This document shows positions 59,141 to 61,006 of a stretch of 61,006 nt of DNA, one piece after another. The DNA is taken from contig WFRK01000016.1 in assembly GCA_015486535.1 (NCBI GenBank), positions 1 to 61,006 on the forward strand. Reading direction: 5' to 3'. The translations under genes were made by a program, and so were the position numbers. Source of the stretch: Candidatus Microgenomates bacterium (lineage in GTDB: Bacteria; Patescibacteriota; Microgenomatia; UBA1400; PJMF01). Position 1 is the first letter of the stretch. Each line of letters starts with the position of its first letter. The notes under the pieces were generated by a model, which saw nothing but the letters and a program-made list of their open reading frames with translations, did not search any database and was not told the origin of the DNA.

Positions 59141-59177
59141 CAAACGCTTTTTATGATTTTCCCCGATATTTAGAATA

Positions 59178-59519
59178 TCACATTTTCATCCAACCATTAA
59201 GCATACGGCCTAATTCGTTCAACTTCTTGGAAGTTGATATATATTGTTTAATACTCATTAATTTTAAATCTTTAGTGAGGCGAATGAATATCCTCAGCAT
59301 GTCCAACTCATTAGAAAAATTTGATTGGAGAAGCTGTCGCTCCTTCCCTCGAGATTTATTAGCTTGAATGATTAAAATTAATAGTGAGATACTTAACTCT
59401 TCGATTTTTCTACCCAAAATCAATCGGTGACTTTTAGGAATACGATTAATTATTGGATAGAGCCAAAGAAGCAGCGCATATGTTTTTTTGAAAAGAATAA
59501 ATTTGTTAGGCATCGACAT
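59178..59519 (-). CDS. avd: DGR accessory variability determinant (Avd), four-helix-bundle protein
   Basis: 113 aa, basic and helical. LYPIINRIPKSHR, MLRIFIRL and ELGRMLNGW align with Bordetella bAvd (YLYPIAQSIPRKH, MLRFWLRF, EVGRILGSW). It lies immediately 5' of the TR. Confidence 0.8.
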   Translation of the reverse strand: MSMPNKFILFKKTYALLLWLYPIINRIPKSHRLILGRKIEELSISLLILIIQANKSRGKERQLLQSNFSNELDMLRIFIRLTKDLKLMSIKQYISTSKKLNELGRMLNGWMKM

Positions 59520-59690
59520 TTCATTGTGAAGTAAACTGCCAAAGTAGGCAAATTCATTTTGCTAAACTAACAATGAAAATATTGAATAATAAAGGATGGT
59601 GAATCCACGGCCTTTAATATATGTATGAGTTTGGCACTATCTCTAACAGTTTAAATAGAGGCGCAAATAAATATATTTCAACTACTCGAA

Positions 59691-59987
59691 TCAGTCCAGA
59701 CTTTCTTGCATATACCGATAAACAATTGAGATAATTTCTTGAATATCTTTATTAGCATTTTTATATATCAGATTATCAAATGCTACACTTTTGAAATTTC
59801 TAATAGGATTACTGATTAATGCATGAATAAATGATTGTGTGACACCAGTTACTCCAACAAAATTAAGAATCACTTCTTCTCCCCTTTTTAATGCCGGAAT
59901 AATTTCGTCAATTCTGATTCTTTTAGCAAGATCCTTATTCTCCGCAAACTCACCGGTAATTTGTTTCAGATTAATAATCTTTTTCAT
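59691..59987 (-). CDS. STAS-like (DUF4325-type) small protein
   Basis: 98 aa. VILNFVGVTGVTQSFIHALI resembles the STAS-like DUF4325 core. An ATGA overlap joins it to the upstream GHKL ATPase gene. Confidence 0.55.
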   Translation of the reverse strand: MKKIINLKQITGEFAENKDLAKRIRIDEIIPALKRGEEVILNFVGVTGVTQSFIHALISNPIRNFKSVAFDNLIYKNANKDIQEIISIVYRYMQESLD

Positions 59988-60952
59988 ATGAACTTAGGTT
60001 GTCTATATTTTTTTCTCTTACGTTCCCGGATAGACTGATCATATACTTCTCCAATATTGGCTAATAAGTCATTAAACTCTGAAGTTTCATCGAGTGAGAT
60101 GTCGACTGCCACTACTGTCCCCTGGAAACTTGGAGCATTATCGGTTTCATTGTGAGAATCTCTGTCTGGGTCTGCATATAATCTGGGCATGCCTTTAACT
60201 CGTTTTTTGTATTTTAGCAAGGTATACTCACCGCTACCACTATAAATGACAAAGTAGTTGCGAGCGATTTTGGCAATAGACTTAATGAAAAATAAACCTG
60301 CCCCAGCGTTATCAGCGGTACCTCCTTCCTTACGAGTGGTACCGGTAATCCCTGGAGTTAATGCTAATTTAATTGCGTCAAGATCAGTTCTAGGATGCCA
60401 ATAATTATTCATACTTTTCCAAATACCGATACCAGTGTCACAAATAGCGATGCTAACCCGATTAGTTTTTTTATAATATTGAGCAGCCACAATAGCTCCG
60501 TTTTGCGCAAAAGAATGCTCAATAACATTTCTCACTAATTCACCGATAATGTATTTAACTATCGTGGCATTTTTTTCCGATAGATGAAGAAGAGGAATCA
60601 TGTCTGTAATGAAACGAGATTGATTATCGGCAGTTTTAATAATTTTAATAGGAACAAATCGTCCAGTTTCTTCCTTTTTATGATAATTGAATGGTGAGTT
60701 AGTTTTAGTTAGATCATAAAGCCCCATTCTATCTAAATACAAGCCTGTCTCTGGGACTTGACCGATAATTGTTGCATTTTCCTTGCCCACCTGGATTGCT
60801 AAAGCAGCCGCTATGACCAAATTAGCAGGATGAACTGTCACCCACTTATCGTGAGTTGATATTTCTAACTTACTGGGATCTGATAAATCAAGTGAATTGA
60901 CAAAACTTCTAAAATTACGCAGGTTTCCTTGATTTGATAAGAACACTTTCAT
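59984..60952 (-). CDS. GHKL (histidine-kinase-like) ATPase with an unknown N-terminal domain, anti-sigma/RsbW-like
   Basis: N box ELVRNVIEHS, G1 box CDTGIGI, G2 box NAGAGLFF. About 120 aa at the N-terminus are unassigned. Confidence 0.65.
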   Translation of the reverse strand: MKVFLSNQGNLRNFRSFVNSLDLSDPSKLEISTHDKWVTVHPANLVIAAALAIQVGKENATIIGQVPETGLYLDRMGLYDLTKTNSPFNYHKKEETGRFVPIKIIKTADNQSRFITDMIPLLHLSEKNATIVKYIIGELVRNVIEHSFAQNGAIVAAQYYKKTNRVSIAICDTGIGIWKSMNNYWHPRTDLDAIKLALTPGITGTTRKEGGTADNAGAGLFFIKSIAKIARNYFVIYSGSGEYTLLKYKKRVKGMPRLYADPDRDSHNETDNAPSFQGTVVAVDISLDETSEFNDLLANIGEVYDQSIRERKRKKYRQPKFI

Positions 60953-60961
60953 GTTGACATG

Positions 60962-61005
60962 TTACCCGTAGAGTGCTTTTGTGTCAATAAGCACTCTACG
61001 GGTAA
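60962..61005. promoter_or_regulatory. 17-bp perfect inverted repeat overlapping a candidate promoter of the GHKL/STAS pair
   Basis: TTACCCGTAGAGTGCTT-N10-AAGCACTCTACGGGTAA. On the minus strand the loop contains TTGACA. A TAACAT hexamer follows 17 nt later and ends 6 nt before the ATG (hexamer 60964-60959, ATG at 60952). Confidence 0.45.
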
Positions 61006-61006
61006 A

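Larger units (their letters stand above)
56309..59519 (-). mobile_element. diversity-generating retroelement cassette (avd - TR - RT - target VR)
   Basis: All canonical DGR parts are present on one strand. See the individual features. Confidence 0.9.

Noticed and set aside
59089-59367. Plus-strand 92-aa ORF across the TR and avd.
   Set aside because: It is antisense to the Avd-like gene and to the template repeat. It has no motif, and its sequence is explained by the DGR components.

Overview
This is a 61-kb, AT-rich, very gene-dense bacterial window with about 50 of 58 CDS on the minus strand. All calls come from reading the sequence and recognising motifs. No database search was run.

Most of the window is core housekeeping:
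- Cell and RNA functions: ftsK, RNase J, pnp, rpsO, infB, nusA, ftsH, trpS.
- Fe-S assembly: a scattered suf gene set.
- Sugar metabolism: rpiB, rpe-like and PfkB genes.
- Chaperones: an hrcA-grpE-dnaK-dnaJ operon.
- RNA genes: a tmRNA, tRNA-Gly(UCC) and tRNA-Arg(UCU).

Many proteins are trimmed-down versions: a 494-aa IF-2, a 171-aa SufD, a Lon-like AAA+ module with no protease domain, and a stand-alone 5'-3' exonuclease. This fits a small-genome CPR/Patescibacteria-like organism, but that lineage call is inference only.

The stand-out region is the co-directional minus-strand block 50.2-61.0 kb. It holds a complete diversity-generating retroelement (DGR): avd 59178-59519, template repeat 59022-59140 and reverse transcriptase 57726-58850. 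The variable repeat (56363-56483) differs from the template only at template adenines (17 of 34), plus one 2-nt insertion.

The variable repeat is not at a protein C-terminus. It lies about 400 codons into what reads as a single ~1538-aa surface protein: membrane anchor, then an FGE-sulfatase/C-type-lectin-like domain, then a CBM-like module and fibronectin-III repeats. The 2-nt insertion currently splits this gene into two ORFs. Its stop codon overlaps (ATGA) the start of a MacB/FtsX-type ABC transporter pair. An orphan GHKL-ATPase plus STAS-like gene pair sits directly upstream of avd.

Other observations:
- An 11-copy heptanucleotide repeat sits next to ftsK.
- A TrpR/YerC-like repressor with a Trp-operator-like palindrome lies upstream of trpS.
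- A CIRCE-like operator overlaps the hrcA promoter.
- The tmRNA has an unusually long predicted tag.
- An unexplained 160-nt nested-helix element lies beside the tmRNA.
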